Assembly (NCBI GenBank): GCA_964014485.1
Contig: CAXHAT010000227.1
Location: forward strand, 1-11,480
DNA length: 11,480 bases
Direction: 5' to 3'
Origin: an uncultured Deferribacteres bacterium
Lineage (GTDB): Bacteria > Zhuqueibacterota > Zhuqueibacteria > Zhuqueibacterales > Geothermadaptataceae
The notes beneath the pieces were generated by a model. The model made no database searches. It was not told where the DNA came from and was given only the letters and a program-made list of their open reading frames with translations. Positions 1 through 7,118 of this stretch are shown piece after piece (the first letter of the stretch is position 1; each line of letters begins with the position of its first letter). The position numbers and the translations under genes are program-made.

Positions 1-5
1 TGGCT

Positions 6-58
6 CGAAACCGGAGTTTCGCGCCCATTTTCATTCCCAAACCGGAGTTTGGGAATGA
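6..58. repeat. Pair of REP-like hairpins sharing the core AAAC-CGGA-GTTT; probably the right end of a REP/MITE element cut by the window edge
   Basis: CGAAAC-cgga-GTTTCG at 6-21 and TCATTCCCAAAC-cgga-GTTTGGGAATGA at 31-58 (12-bp perfect stem); identical 12-nt core AAACCGGAGTTT in both. Confidence 0.7.
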
Positions 59-239
59 GCTGTAAAAAACTGGTTTTTCCAAAAAAATGGGGCGTTCATG
101 GGAGCGCCTCGTTTCTCCCCGCTTTTGCTCACTCCTGCTCTCCTCATCATCAGTTTTGTTTCGTTTCTCTGGTCATCGCATGGGCGCATTTGTAGTTTTA
201 GCCAAAACAAGAACCCCTCCATTTTCAGGAAACGAATCC

Positions 240-1058
240 ATGAAATATCGAGCCCTTGCCGTATTTTTGCTTTTCCCCGCCCTTCAAGTTTTGTCCCAAG
301 ATTCGCCGACCACGCGTGAAATGAATTTGATTTCATGGCAGGAATTCGCCGATTTCGTGCCGGAAAAAATTCGAACTGTTTTACTGCCGACCGGCACGTT
401 GGAGCCGCACGGCGTTATCCCGAACGGCTCGGACAACCTTGCGCCTGAAGCCATGGCGCGCGATTTGGCGGATGATCTCGACGCGATGATCGCCCCGACG
501 CTGAACTACGGCGTCACTGGCAGCCTTGAGGCTTATCCTGGCGCCTTCTCGATCAGCGAGGAAGCCTACCGCCTGTTCATCGCCGACGTTTTTGCGGGCA
601 TGGCGAAAAACGGCTTCAAAAACGTCATCGTGCTCAACGGACACGGCGGCCCGCAGACGGCGATTTTGCGCGACGAAGCATCAAAAGCTTCGAAAAAACA
701 CCGTATCCGGACTTTGGTTATTAATTGGTGGTCGCTGGCTTCAAAAGAGACGTTTGAAGTTTTTGGAGAAAACGGGGGACACGCCGGAAACAACGAGACA
801 GCCTACATTCAGCATGTCGTCCCGGAGCACATTCATCCAGAACGCTACTCCCCGGAAATGACGACGGCCTATCCAGCCGGAAGTTGGCAAGCCCATCCTT
901 TTCCTTCATCCATCGGACTCTACGAAGCCGGCCAAGGCTTCCCGACTTTTGACAAAGCGCAAGCTAAAGAATACTTTGAAAAAGTTAACAAGCGCGTCTT
1001 TGGCTTGATCGATGACGTGATCAAAAAGTGGGATTTGGCAAAACTCTATGAAGACTGA
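240..1058 (+). CDS. Creatininase (creatinine amidohydrolase) family metallo-amidohydrolase with N-terminal signal peptide
   Basis: Family motifs LPTGTLEPHG...GSD, NYGVT, NVIVLNGHGG, GHAGNNET. Start moved from ORF-track 87 to ATG 240 (AGGA upstream at 227-230; MKYRALAVFLLFPALQVLS looks like a Sec signal). Confidence 0.88.
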   Translation: MKYRALAVFLLFPALQVLSQDSPTTREMNLISWQEFADFVPEKIRTVLLPTGTLEPHGVIPNGSDNLAPEAMARDLADDLDAMIAPTLNYGVTGSLEAYPGAFSISEEAYRLFIADVFAGMAKNGFKNVIVLNGHGGPQTAILRDEASKASKKHRIRTLVINWWSLASKETFEVFGENGGHAGNNETAYIQHVVPEHIHPERYSPEMTTAYPAGSWQAHPFPSSIGLYEAGQGFPTFDKAQAKEYFEKVNKRVFGLIDDVIKKWDLAKLYED

Positions 1059-1065
1059 AAATTAG

Positions 1066-1800
1066 TTGAAAGAAGACAATCATTTTTGGGGAATTGACGG
1101 CTGCAGAAAAGGCTGGATGGGTGCAGCAATAACCGCGGATTTTCGGTTTGTCAAACAGCCTGTAATTTGGCAAACCGCCGCCGAAATGATCGAAACAATC
1201 CAAAAAGACCGTGGGAGCGTGATTGACGTTCCGATTGGTTTGACAAGCGACGGTTCGGGCGTTCGCAAGTGCGAACCGGAAGCGCGAAAACGGCTGGGCA
1301 AGAAAGGGTCGTCTATTTTTTCTCCCCCAATGCGGGAAGCGCTCTATGCTGAAAGTTACCTGGAAGCCAAATCAATCAACTTCAAATTCTGCGGCAAGAA
1401 AATTTCCAAGCAGTCCTGGAATATTATACCCCAAATAAAGGATGTTGATCGAATTCTCTCGCGCAATCCGGCTCTGCAGACAAATTTGCGCGAAAGCCAC
1501 CCGGAGCTTTGTTTTTGCATGTTGAATAGCCGGGCGCCGATTTTTGAAAATAAAAAAACGACACGGGGGAGGGCGCTTCGCCTGGCGATCTTGGAAAAAT
1601 TAACCGCCAATGCGCGCGCCTATTTCACCAAGAACAAAGATTTGTTTCTCAGGAAAGATGCTGGCGAAGACGATATTGTTGACGCCATGATCCTCGCGTA
1701 CGTCGCAGCGTTTGGAGCGCAAAACGGTTTTTCTTCGATCCCGGAAAAGCCGGAGTACGATAGCTGCGGATTGCGAATGGAAATGGTTTTTGCCGAATGA
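1066..1800 (+). CDS. DUF429-family protein (predicted RNase H-like fold nuclease)
   Basis: Motifs GIDGCRKGW, IDVPIGL, RKCEPEARKRLG-SSIFSPP, ESHPELCF, DDIVDA; TTG start 7 nt after upstream stop. Confidence 0.8.
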   Translation: MKEDNHFWGIDGCRKGWMGAAITADFRFVKQPVIWQTAAEMIETIQKDRGSVIDVPIGLTSDGSGVRKCEPEARKRLGKKGSSIFSPPMREALYAESYLEAKSINFKFCGKKISKQSWNIIPQIKDVDRILSRNPALQTNLRESHPELCFCMLNSRAPIFENKKTTRGRALRLAILEKLTANARAYFTKNKDLFLRKDAGEDDIVDAMILAYVAAFGAQNGFSSIPEKPEYDSCGLRMEMVFAE

Positions 1801-1810
1801 ATTGACATGT

Positions 1811-1843
1811 AACTCTGACAGGGCTCCGAATCCTGTCAGAGTT
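1811..1843. repeat. REP-like palindrome / stem-loop downstream of DUF429 gene
   Basis: AACTCTGACAGG (1811-1822) is the perfect reverse complement of CCTGTCAGAGTT (1832-1843), 9-nt spacer; only a short T run follows. Confidence 0.7.
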
Positions 1844-1990
1844 TAGTCGGTTATTTGTATGCAAAGGTCGCCAATCGCTTGGATAACTGAGTGCCAATTT
1901 CATAGTTCTCTTCGATTTGGATGAAACCCCAACGCTTGAAATAAGTTTAAGCGCCTCAAGAATACATCTAAAAACTCGGAGAGGCGGAGA

Positions 1991-2806
1991 ATGAAAAAAG
2001 AACGACTGGCGCATCATTTCATGGGGCGAACGATTATAAAAATAGCGCTTCTTTTTATTACATTTTGGGGATGCAGTCTCGATTCGAATTCGGTTTCAGC
2101 GCCGAGCAATGAAAACGCCTTGAACATTCTTTTCATTGGCAACAGCCTGACTTATGAAAACGACTTGCCGGGCATTCTGGCGGCGTTGATCGAGACGGGT
2201 GAGGCGGGACCGGCGGAAATTGTTTCCGCGACATATCCAAATTTTGGACTTATGGATCACTGGGGAGGCGCCGGTGAATCCAGGGCCACGATTGAAAAAG
2301 GCGGTTGGGACGTCATCATTATGCAGCAAGGCCCTTCCGCCACCGAAGGCAGGCCGTCGCTGCTGGAATACAGCGCGCTTTTTGCGCAAGAAGCGGAAAA
2401 AATAGACGCAACGCCGGCGATTTACATGGTCTGGCCGTCGCGTCTGCGCTCCTTCGATTTTGACGGGGTCAGCGAATCGCACCAGATGGCGGCGGAAAAC
2501 ATCGACGGCTTGCTTTTTCCAGTGGGGGAAGCGTGGCGCAAAGCGTGGAAAGCGGATTCTACGCTGGCGCTTTACGCATCCGATGATTTTCATCCGAGCG
2601 TTTTGGGGAGTTATCTTGGCGCGGCGGTCATGTTTGAGCAACTCACCGGAACCGCGCCTTCGAGCCTCCCTGTCGAGCAACTCCAAAAATTCAGCAATCT
2701 TTCGCGAATCACCGCTACAACTTTCTCCAAGCTCCACGCTGCTGCGGAAGAAGCCAACGAGACGTTTGGGCGAGAAGTCTCCGGCTGGCCGCGCGACGGC
2801 AATTGA
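1991..2806 (+). CDS. SGNH/GDSL-superfamily hydrolase, predicted lipoprotein
   Basis: Block I ILFIGNSLT, block V DDFHPS (DxxH); hydrophobic stretch ending in lipobox-like FWG-C (Cys codon 2072-2074); GGAG-rich RBS before 1991; alternative start ATG 2021. Confidence 0.82.
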   Translation: MKKERLAHHFMGRTIIKIALLFITFWGCSLDSNSVSAPSNENALNILFIGNSLTYENDLPGILAALIETGEAGPAEIVSATYPNFGLMDHWGGAGESRATIEKGGWDVIIMQQGPSATEGRPSLLEYSALFAQEAEKIDATPAIYMVWPSRLRSFDFDGVSESHQMAAENIDGLLFPVGEAWRKAWKADSTLALYASDDFHPSVLGSYLGAAVMFEQLTGTAPSSLPVEQLQKFSNLSRITATTFSKLHAAAEEANETFGREVSGWPRDGN

Positions 2807-2813
2807 ATTACAT

Positions 2814-3047
2814 CTGATGTTACGCAATTGGGCAATGATATGACATTTGATTAAGAACTTTGCTCTACGCGTCATTCCTGCGGAACCAGGAATTTAGTGG
2901 CCATGCACCATTTTCTGGATTCCTGCCTCCGCAGGAATGACCTTGAAAAACGTTTTGGAGATCAAACAGCTTTATTTTCAATTGCAATATTCGACTCGGA
3001 CGGAAACCAACCTATGGCATGCATTATTGTCAAGCGCGTAACATCAG
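2814..3047. mobile_element. Putative non-autonomous inverted-repeat (MITE/REPIN-like) element enclosing a REP doublet
   Basis: CTGATGTTACGC (2814-2825) and its perfect reverse complement GCGTAACATCAG (3036-3047), with further imperfect complementarity inward and outward; no coding capacity. Confidence 0.45.
2871..2941. repeat. Inverted REP doublet of the GTCATTCC...GGAATGAC type
   Basis: 27-nt arms 2871-2897 (GTCATTCCTGCGGAACCAGGAATTTAG) and 2915-2941 (CTGGATTCCTGCCTCCGCAGGAATGAC), 23/27 complementary; each arm is internally palindromic (ATTCCTG...CAGGAAT). Confidence 0.85.
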
Positions 3048-3103
3048 TTACATTTGATTGCCATTGAAAAGAGCTGCGATCTTGCTTTCCGTCGAAGTTT
3101 TTA

Positions 3104-3131
3104 TTGATCACAGTTTTTGAGTTTGTATATT
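3104..3131 (+). promoter_or_regulatory. Putative sigma70 promoter for the riboswitch-TBDR transcript
   Basis: TTGATC (3104-3109), 16 bp, TATATT (3126-3131); implied start ~3137-3138, immediately before riboswitch P1. Confidence 0.5.
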
Positions 3132-3138
3132 TTCATTG

Positions 3139-3219
3139 ACCGTAGGGGCGCCGTGTAAAAGCGCGGCTGAGAGAGCACCCTTCGCACCTGAACCGGATAA
3201 TGCCGGCGTAGGAAACGGT
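3139..3219 (+). ncRNA. TPP (thi-box) riboswitch aptamer
   Basis: Consensus elements AGGGG..GCTGAGA..ACCCT..ACCTGA.CCGGATAATGCCGGCGTAGG; P1 ACCGT (3139-3143)/ACGGT (3215-3219); P5 CCGG-ATAATG-CCGG. Confidence 0.96.
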
Positions 3220-3256
3220 TTATGATTTATCCTTGCAATTTCATTTTGCTTCGACG

Positions 3257-3296
3257 AAAGCCGTTTCCCAGTCCGGGAGTCGGCTTTTTGTATTTT
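3257..3296 (+). terminator. Intrinsic terminator of the TPP riboswitch expression platform
   Basis: AAAGCCG-TT-TCCC-agtcc-GGGA-GT-CGGCTTT followed by TTGTATTTT, between aptamer and RBS. Confidence 0.8.
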
Positions 3297-3312
3297 AAGG
3301 GAGGATGAAATT

Positions 3313-5730
3313 GTGAGACGCTTTTTTTTATATTTCAGAACCGTTTTTTTCATAGTGATTTTTTGCCCATCGCTTTGGGGACAAAACAATTTTCGAATTT
3401 CTGGTAAAATCATCAATCAGGAAACCGGCGCTCCTTTGCCGGGAGCGAATGTTTTGGTTGAAGAAACGACGCTTGGGGCGACAGCAAATTCTGATGGGAT
3501 TTTCCGCCTGCCGCTGCTGCCGAAAGGAAAATATAAAATCAAAGTTTCACACATCGGTTTCGCGACGCAAACGAAAAATATTTCACTTGTCGCTGATGTA
3601 ATGAAGGTGGATTTTCAGTTGAACGCGGAAATTCTGTCCGGGCCGGTTGTGACCGTGGTTGCGAATGAAGCGCGGGAGCGTGAATCGCCTGTAACTTTTG
3701 CAAAGATTGAAAAGAAAGAGTTGGACGCAAGATATGCTTTTGAAGATATTCCGGAGATTCTTGCCGAGCTGCCGTCAACTACTTTTTATTCTGAAGGCGG
3801 GCATGGGCTGGGCTACAATTATCTCAGCATTCGCGGCTTCGATCAACGCCGTATTTCGGTTTTGATTAACGGCGCGCCGCAGAATGACCCGGAAGATCAC
3901 AACGTTTACTGGCTTGATTTTCCAGACTTTGCGGCGAATGTACAGTCCGTGCAAGTGCAGCGCGGCGCCGGTGCGGCCTTCTATGGGCCAGCGGCGATTG
4001 GCGGGTCGATCAATATTCAAACGAATTATTTTTCACCGGATCCGGAGGCAAAAGCTTATTTCGGACGCGGCGCCTACGATACGCAAAAAACGTCGCTTTC
4101 GCTCAACTCGGGCCTGCTAAAAGATAAGTTTGTTCTATTTGGCCGCGCTTCTCGGCTGGAAACCAACGGCTACCGTGAACGCGCGTGGGTTGATTTTAAG
4201 AGTTACTTCTTTGGCGCCGCCATGTACGGGGAAAACAGTAATTTGCGTCTGCATTTCTACGGCGGCCCAATCAAGGACGGGCTGGCCTACGTCGGCGTCC
4301 CAAAAGATTTCAATGAAGACGCTGAAATGCGACGCACAAATTTTCTCGGGCCGGACGAGATCGAAAATTTCAATCAACCGCATTTTGAAGCGCTCTATGA
4401 GCGTAAACTATCGAATTCCTGGACGTTCAACAGCAACGCATTCTTTATTCGCGGTTACGGCTTTTTCGATTTCGACGGCAGTTGGGGAACGCCGGAATAT
4501 TTTCGCCTGACGCCTGAGTATGGATTTGAGGTTACGGAAATTCCGTCCGACGCTTTGATTCGCGCTTATGTGGACAATCGACAATTCGGATGGCTGCCGC
4601 AGTTCAGAAAACAATTAACTCGCGGCGAAGTTGTTTTCGGCGCTGAATTGCGCCGCCATAGATCCCTGCACTGGGGCCGTCTACAACGCGGGGCCAATTT
4701 ACCGGCTGAAACGGTTGGCGACGACGCGCGACGATACTATGAATATCGCGGCGGGAAAAATATTTTATCGTCATATGTTCATACAAATCTTCAAATTGCC
4801 CCGAAGCTCTTTGTTATGGGCGACTTGCAGTACGCTTTTAAAAAATATCGCATTTTTGATGAAACGTTTGTCGGCACGCAGTTCTCAACCCCCTATCATT
4901 TTCTCAATCCGCGCTTTGGCTTGAATTATAATTTGAGCGAGCGAGTAAATCTTTACGGCAGCGTATCACGCACCTCGCGAGAGCCGCGCTTGAAAAATTT
5001 GTATGACGCCGCGGAGGCGAGTACGCCTGCTTCGTGGGGTGCGGTTACGCCGCAATTTGAACTCAACGAAAATGGAGAATTCGATTTTGAAAATCCGCTC
5101 GTCAAACCGGAAAACTTGTTGAATTTTGAGCTTGGCGCAGGGTACAATACGAACCGGCTGCACGGCGCGGTCAATGTGTACTTGATGGATTTTCAGAACG
5201 AAATCATCAAAAAGGGCGGGCTTGACAGATTCGGTCAGCCGATTACGGGCAATGCGGAAAAGACGAAGCATCAGGGGCTGGAAATCAGCGGCGCCGTTCA
5301 AGCGTCCCGACGTTTTCGTCTTAGCGGCAACGCGCTTTTTAGTGTCAATGAACTCAAATCGTACACAATTTTTGACGCCGGGGATGCGCCGATTGTTCTG
5401 GACGGCAATCGAATCGCCGGGTTTCCCAATACGCTTGGCAATTTTCGCCTGACGTACGCCTGGCGAGATTTGCATTTTTCAACAATAGTCAAGTATGTCG
5501 GCAAATTTTATACAGACAATTTTCAAGATGAAACGAGGACGGTCGACGCATTCAGCGTCGTTAATTTCAGCGCACGTTTGAACCTGAAGATGGTCGGACT
5601 TCCGGGCTTGCAAATCCAGGCGCAGCTACGAAATGTACTCAATAAAAAATATTTATCTCACGGCGAAGGCGATGATTTTTTCCCGGGCGCGGTTAGGAAC
5701 GGGTTCCTGGCTTTGCAATACGCGCTTTAG
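3313..5730 (+). CDS. TonB-dependent outer-membrane receptor, probable thiamine transporter
   Basis: GTG start 8 nt after GGAGG; signal peptide; N-terminal carboxypeptidase-regulatory-like domain (GKIINQETGAPLPGANVLV); plug motifs SIRGFDQRRISVLING, VQVQRGAG, GGSINIQT; barrel motifs VKPENLLNFELG, NVLNKKY, PGAVRN. Substrate inferred from upstream TPP riboswitch. Confidence 0.93.
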   Translation: MRRFFLYFRTVFFIVIFCPSLWGQNNFRISGKIINQETGAPLPGANVLVEETTLGATANSDGIFRLPLLPKGKYKIKVSHIGFATQTKNISLVADVMKVDFQLNAEILSGPVVTVVANEARERESPVTFAKIEKKELDARYAFEDIPEILAELPSTTFYSEGGHGLGYNYLSIRGFDQRRISVLINGAPQNDPEDHNVYWLDFPDFAANVQSVQVQRGAGAAFYGPAAIGGSINIQTNYFSPDPEAKAYFGRGAYDTQKTSLSLNSGLLKDKFVLFGRASRLETNGYRERAWVDFKSYFFGAAMYGENSNLRLHFYGGPIKDGLAYVGVPKDFNEDAEMRRTNFLGPDEIENFNQPHFEALYERKLSNSWTFNSNAFFIRGYGFFDFDGSWGTPEYFRLTPEYGFEVTEIPSDALIRAYVDNRQFGWLPQFRKQLTRGEVVFGAELRRHRSLHWGRLQRGANLPAETVGDDARRYYEYRGGKNILSSYVHTNLQIAPKLFVMGDLQYAFKKYRIFDETFVGTQFSTPYHFLNPRFGLNYNLSERVNLYGSVSRTSREPRLKNLYDAAEASTPASWGAVTPQFELNENGEFDFENPLVKPENLLNFELGAGYNTNRLHGAVNVYLMDFQNEIIKKGGLDRFGQPITGNAEKTKHQGLEISGAVQASRRFRLSGNALFSVNELKSYTIFDAGDAPIVLDGNRIAGFPNTLGNFRLTYAWRDLHFSTIVKYVGKFYTDNFQDETRTVDAFSVVNFSARLNLKMVGLPGLQIQAQLRNVLNKKYLSHGEGDDFFPGAVRNGFLALQYAL

Positions 5731-5850
5731 GCGGCTAAAATGCGAATTATCCGCATGATCGGATTCGATGCGGTATATTACCTGCATTGATAGGCGAAAT
5801 TCGCCTGCGCCGGCAAGTCTGACAGCAACTCGCTACACATGAAATAATAC

Positions 5851-5879
5851 TTGCATCGTGTTGGTCTTAAACCTATTTT
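5851..5879 (+). promoter_or_regulatory. Putative sigma70 promoter for the M23 peptidase gene
   Basis: TTGCAT (5851-5856), 17 bp, TATTTT (5874-5879), with AT-rich upstream segment. Confidence 0.4.
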
Positions 5880-6003
5880 CAGCACTTATTTTTTGGAATT
5901 TGAGCGTGTGGGACGTACTGGAGCCGAATTTTATTGCTCACTAGTGTCGCATGCATATTGTTTTATAGTTTGGTTAGTTGAACAAAAATGAGATTCAGAC
6001 TCA

Positions 6004-6909
6004 ATGAAGAAATCTGACAAGCGTGTTCGGATACAGGTTTTTTCAGGGTCGAGCTCGCAGTATAAGCAGTTCGAGTTGAGCTTGAACAAACTTGCCGTAC
6101 TTTGCGTCGCCGCGGCTTTGGGGTTGACCTTGTTGGTCGCCGGAGGCGTATTTGTCGTCAACAAAGTGAAAAATGATGTTGACCTGGGCTCGTGGGTGAT
6201 AGAACATTTTAGTTTCGATAGCGAAGTTTTTGCCGCAGAGCTTAACTCGCCGAAACAAAGCTTATACTCAGCGGAAAATATTGCGTTTACCGGAGCGTCG
6301 TCCGACAGCGGCGATTTTGGATACCCTGAAGGATACACGCAAAATGCGTTGATCGTTGACGAAGGCGATCATGCTGCGAATGAGCCGCCCTCCCTTGCTG
6401 AAGACAGTTCTGAAATCAGCCAGGCAATCGGCGATTTGGAGAAAAAGTTCCACGCCGTGCTTGATTTTCAAGACAAGCTGGACCTTAACCCGAACAGCTT
6501 GAAACACACTCCGTCGATTCCCCCGCTTTTGCAGGGTCGCATCTCTGATCTTTTTGGCAAACGGAGAGACCCTTTTAAGCGCACCTTGCGTCACCATCAC
6601 GGGCTTGACATTGCGGCGCCGCGAGGCACTGAGATTCATGCTCCGGCTGCGGGCGTTGTAGAAATCGCCCAAGTGAATTATGTGAAAAACCGGGGTTATG
6701 GCCGGCAAATTCGCATTCGTCACGGCGATCAGATTCAGACGGTTTACGGGCACCTGCATCGCGTCCACGTAAAAGCCGGCCAAAAGGTTAATCGCTGGGA
6801 CGTTATCGGTACGGTAGGCTCGACAGGCAGATCGACAGGCCCGCACTTGCACTACGAAGTTTGGAAAGACGGGAAGTCGATCGATCCGATGGAATTTATG
6901 GTCAAGTAA
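6004..6909 (+). CDS. M23-family metallopeptidase (murein hydrolase/NlpD-MepM-like) with N-terminal membrane anchor
   Basis: HHHGLDIAAP (HxxxD), GYGRQI, YGHL, VGSTGRSTGPHLHYEV (HxH); hydrophobic segment LAVLCVAAALGLTLLVAGGVFVV. Confidence 0.93.
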   Translation: MKKSDKRVRIQVFSGSSSQYKQFELSLNKLAVLCVAAALGLTLLVAGGVFVVNKVKNDVDLGSWVIEHFSFDSEVFAAELNSPKQSLYSAENIAFTGASSDSGDFGYPEGYTQNALIVDEGDHAANEPPSLAEDSSEISQAIGDLEKKFHAVLDFQDKLDLNPNSLKHTPSIPPLLQGRISDLFGKRRDPFKRTLRHHHGLDIAAPRGTEIHAPAAGVVEIAQVNYVKNRGYGRQIRIRHGDQIQTVYGHLHRVHVKAGQKVNRWDVIGTVGSTGRSTGPHLHYEVWKDGKSIDPMEFMVK

Positions 6910-6942
6910 GCTTCCGGGCTTGATTTAGCTGTTCAGAATTTT

Positions 6943-6984
6943 AAAACCCGACGAACAATTGAGTTCGCCGGGTTTTTCTTTTTT
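6943..6984 (+). terminator. Rho-independent terminator after M23 peptidase
   Basis: AAAACCCG-a-CGAAC-aattga-GTTCG-c-CGGGTTTT followed by TCTTTTTT. Confidence 0.85.
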
Positions 6985-7033
6985 GGACTGATGATAGTCA
7001 GGATAGGAAAGGCCGCCGATTAAAACGTAGTAT

Positions 7034-7062
7034 TTGATTTTCATTCCATAATTATCTATAAT
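7034..7062 (+). promoter_or_regulatory. Near-consensus sigma70 promoter for the GH2-like/smc unit
   Basis: TTGATT (7034-7039), 17 bp, TATAAT (7057-7062), just downstream of a terminator. Confidence 0.7.
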
Positions 7063-7118
7063 CCGCCTTCTTTTTACGTCATGTTTTGAACACGAGGATT
7101 TTTAGGCAGGACGCCGAG

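Noticed and set aside
6..58. Possible CRISPR repeat
   Set aside because: Only two short unequal hairpins 9 nt apart, no spacer periodicity, no cas genes in window.
87..239. N-terminal extension of the creatininase ORF in the ORF track
   Set aside because: Low-complexity, overlaps hairpins, no RBS; ATG 240 has an RBS and yields a clean signal peptide.
31..336. 101-aa minus-strand ORF
   Set aside because: Overlaps the creatininase start and REP hairpin; no recognisable motifs.
1802..1807. Perfect TTGACA as a -35 box
   Set aside because: No -10 hexamer at 16-18 bp; that position falls in the palindrome loop.
1649..2017. 122-aa minus-strand ORF across the DUF429-SGNH gap
   Set aside because: Overlaps both genes, crosses a palindrome, no family motifs.
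240..2806. Idea that the creatininase/DUF429/SGNH genes are thiamine salvage genes
   Set aside because: They lie upstream of the riboswitch and its promoter, so are not under its control; no motif evidence.
2096..2875. 259-aa minus-strand ORF
   Set aside because: Antisense shadow of the SGNH gene, Arg-rich, starts within a repeat.
6268..6852. 194-aa minus-strand ORF
   Set aside because: Antisense shadow of the M23 peptidase.
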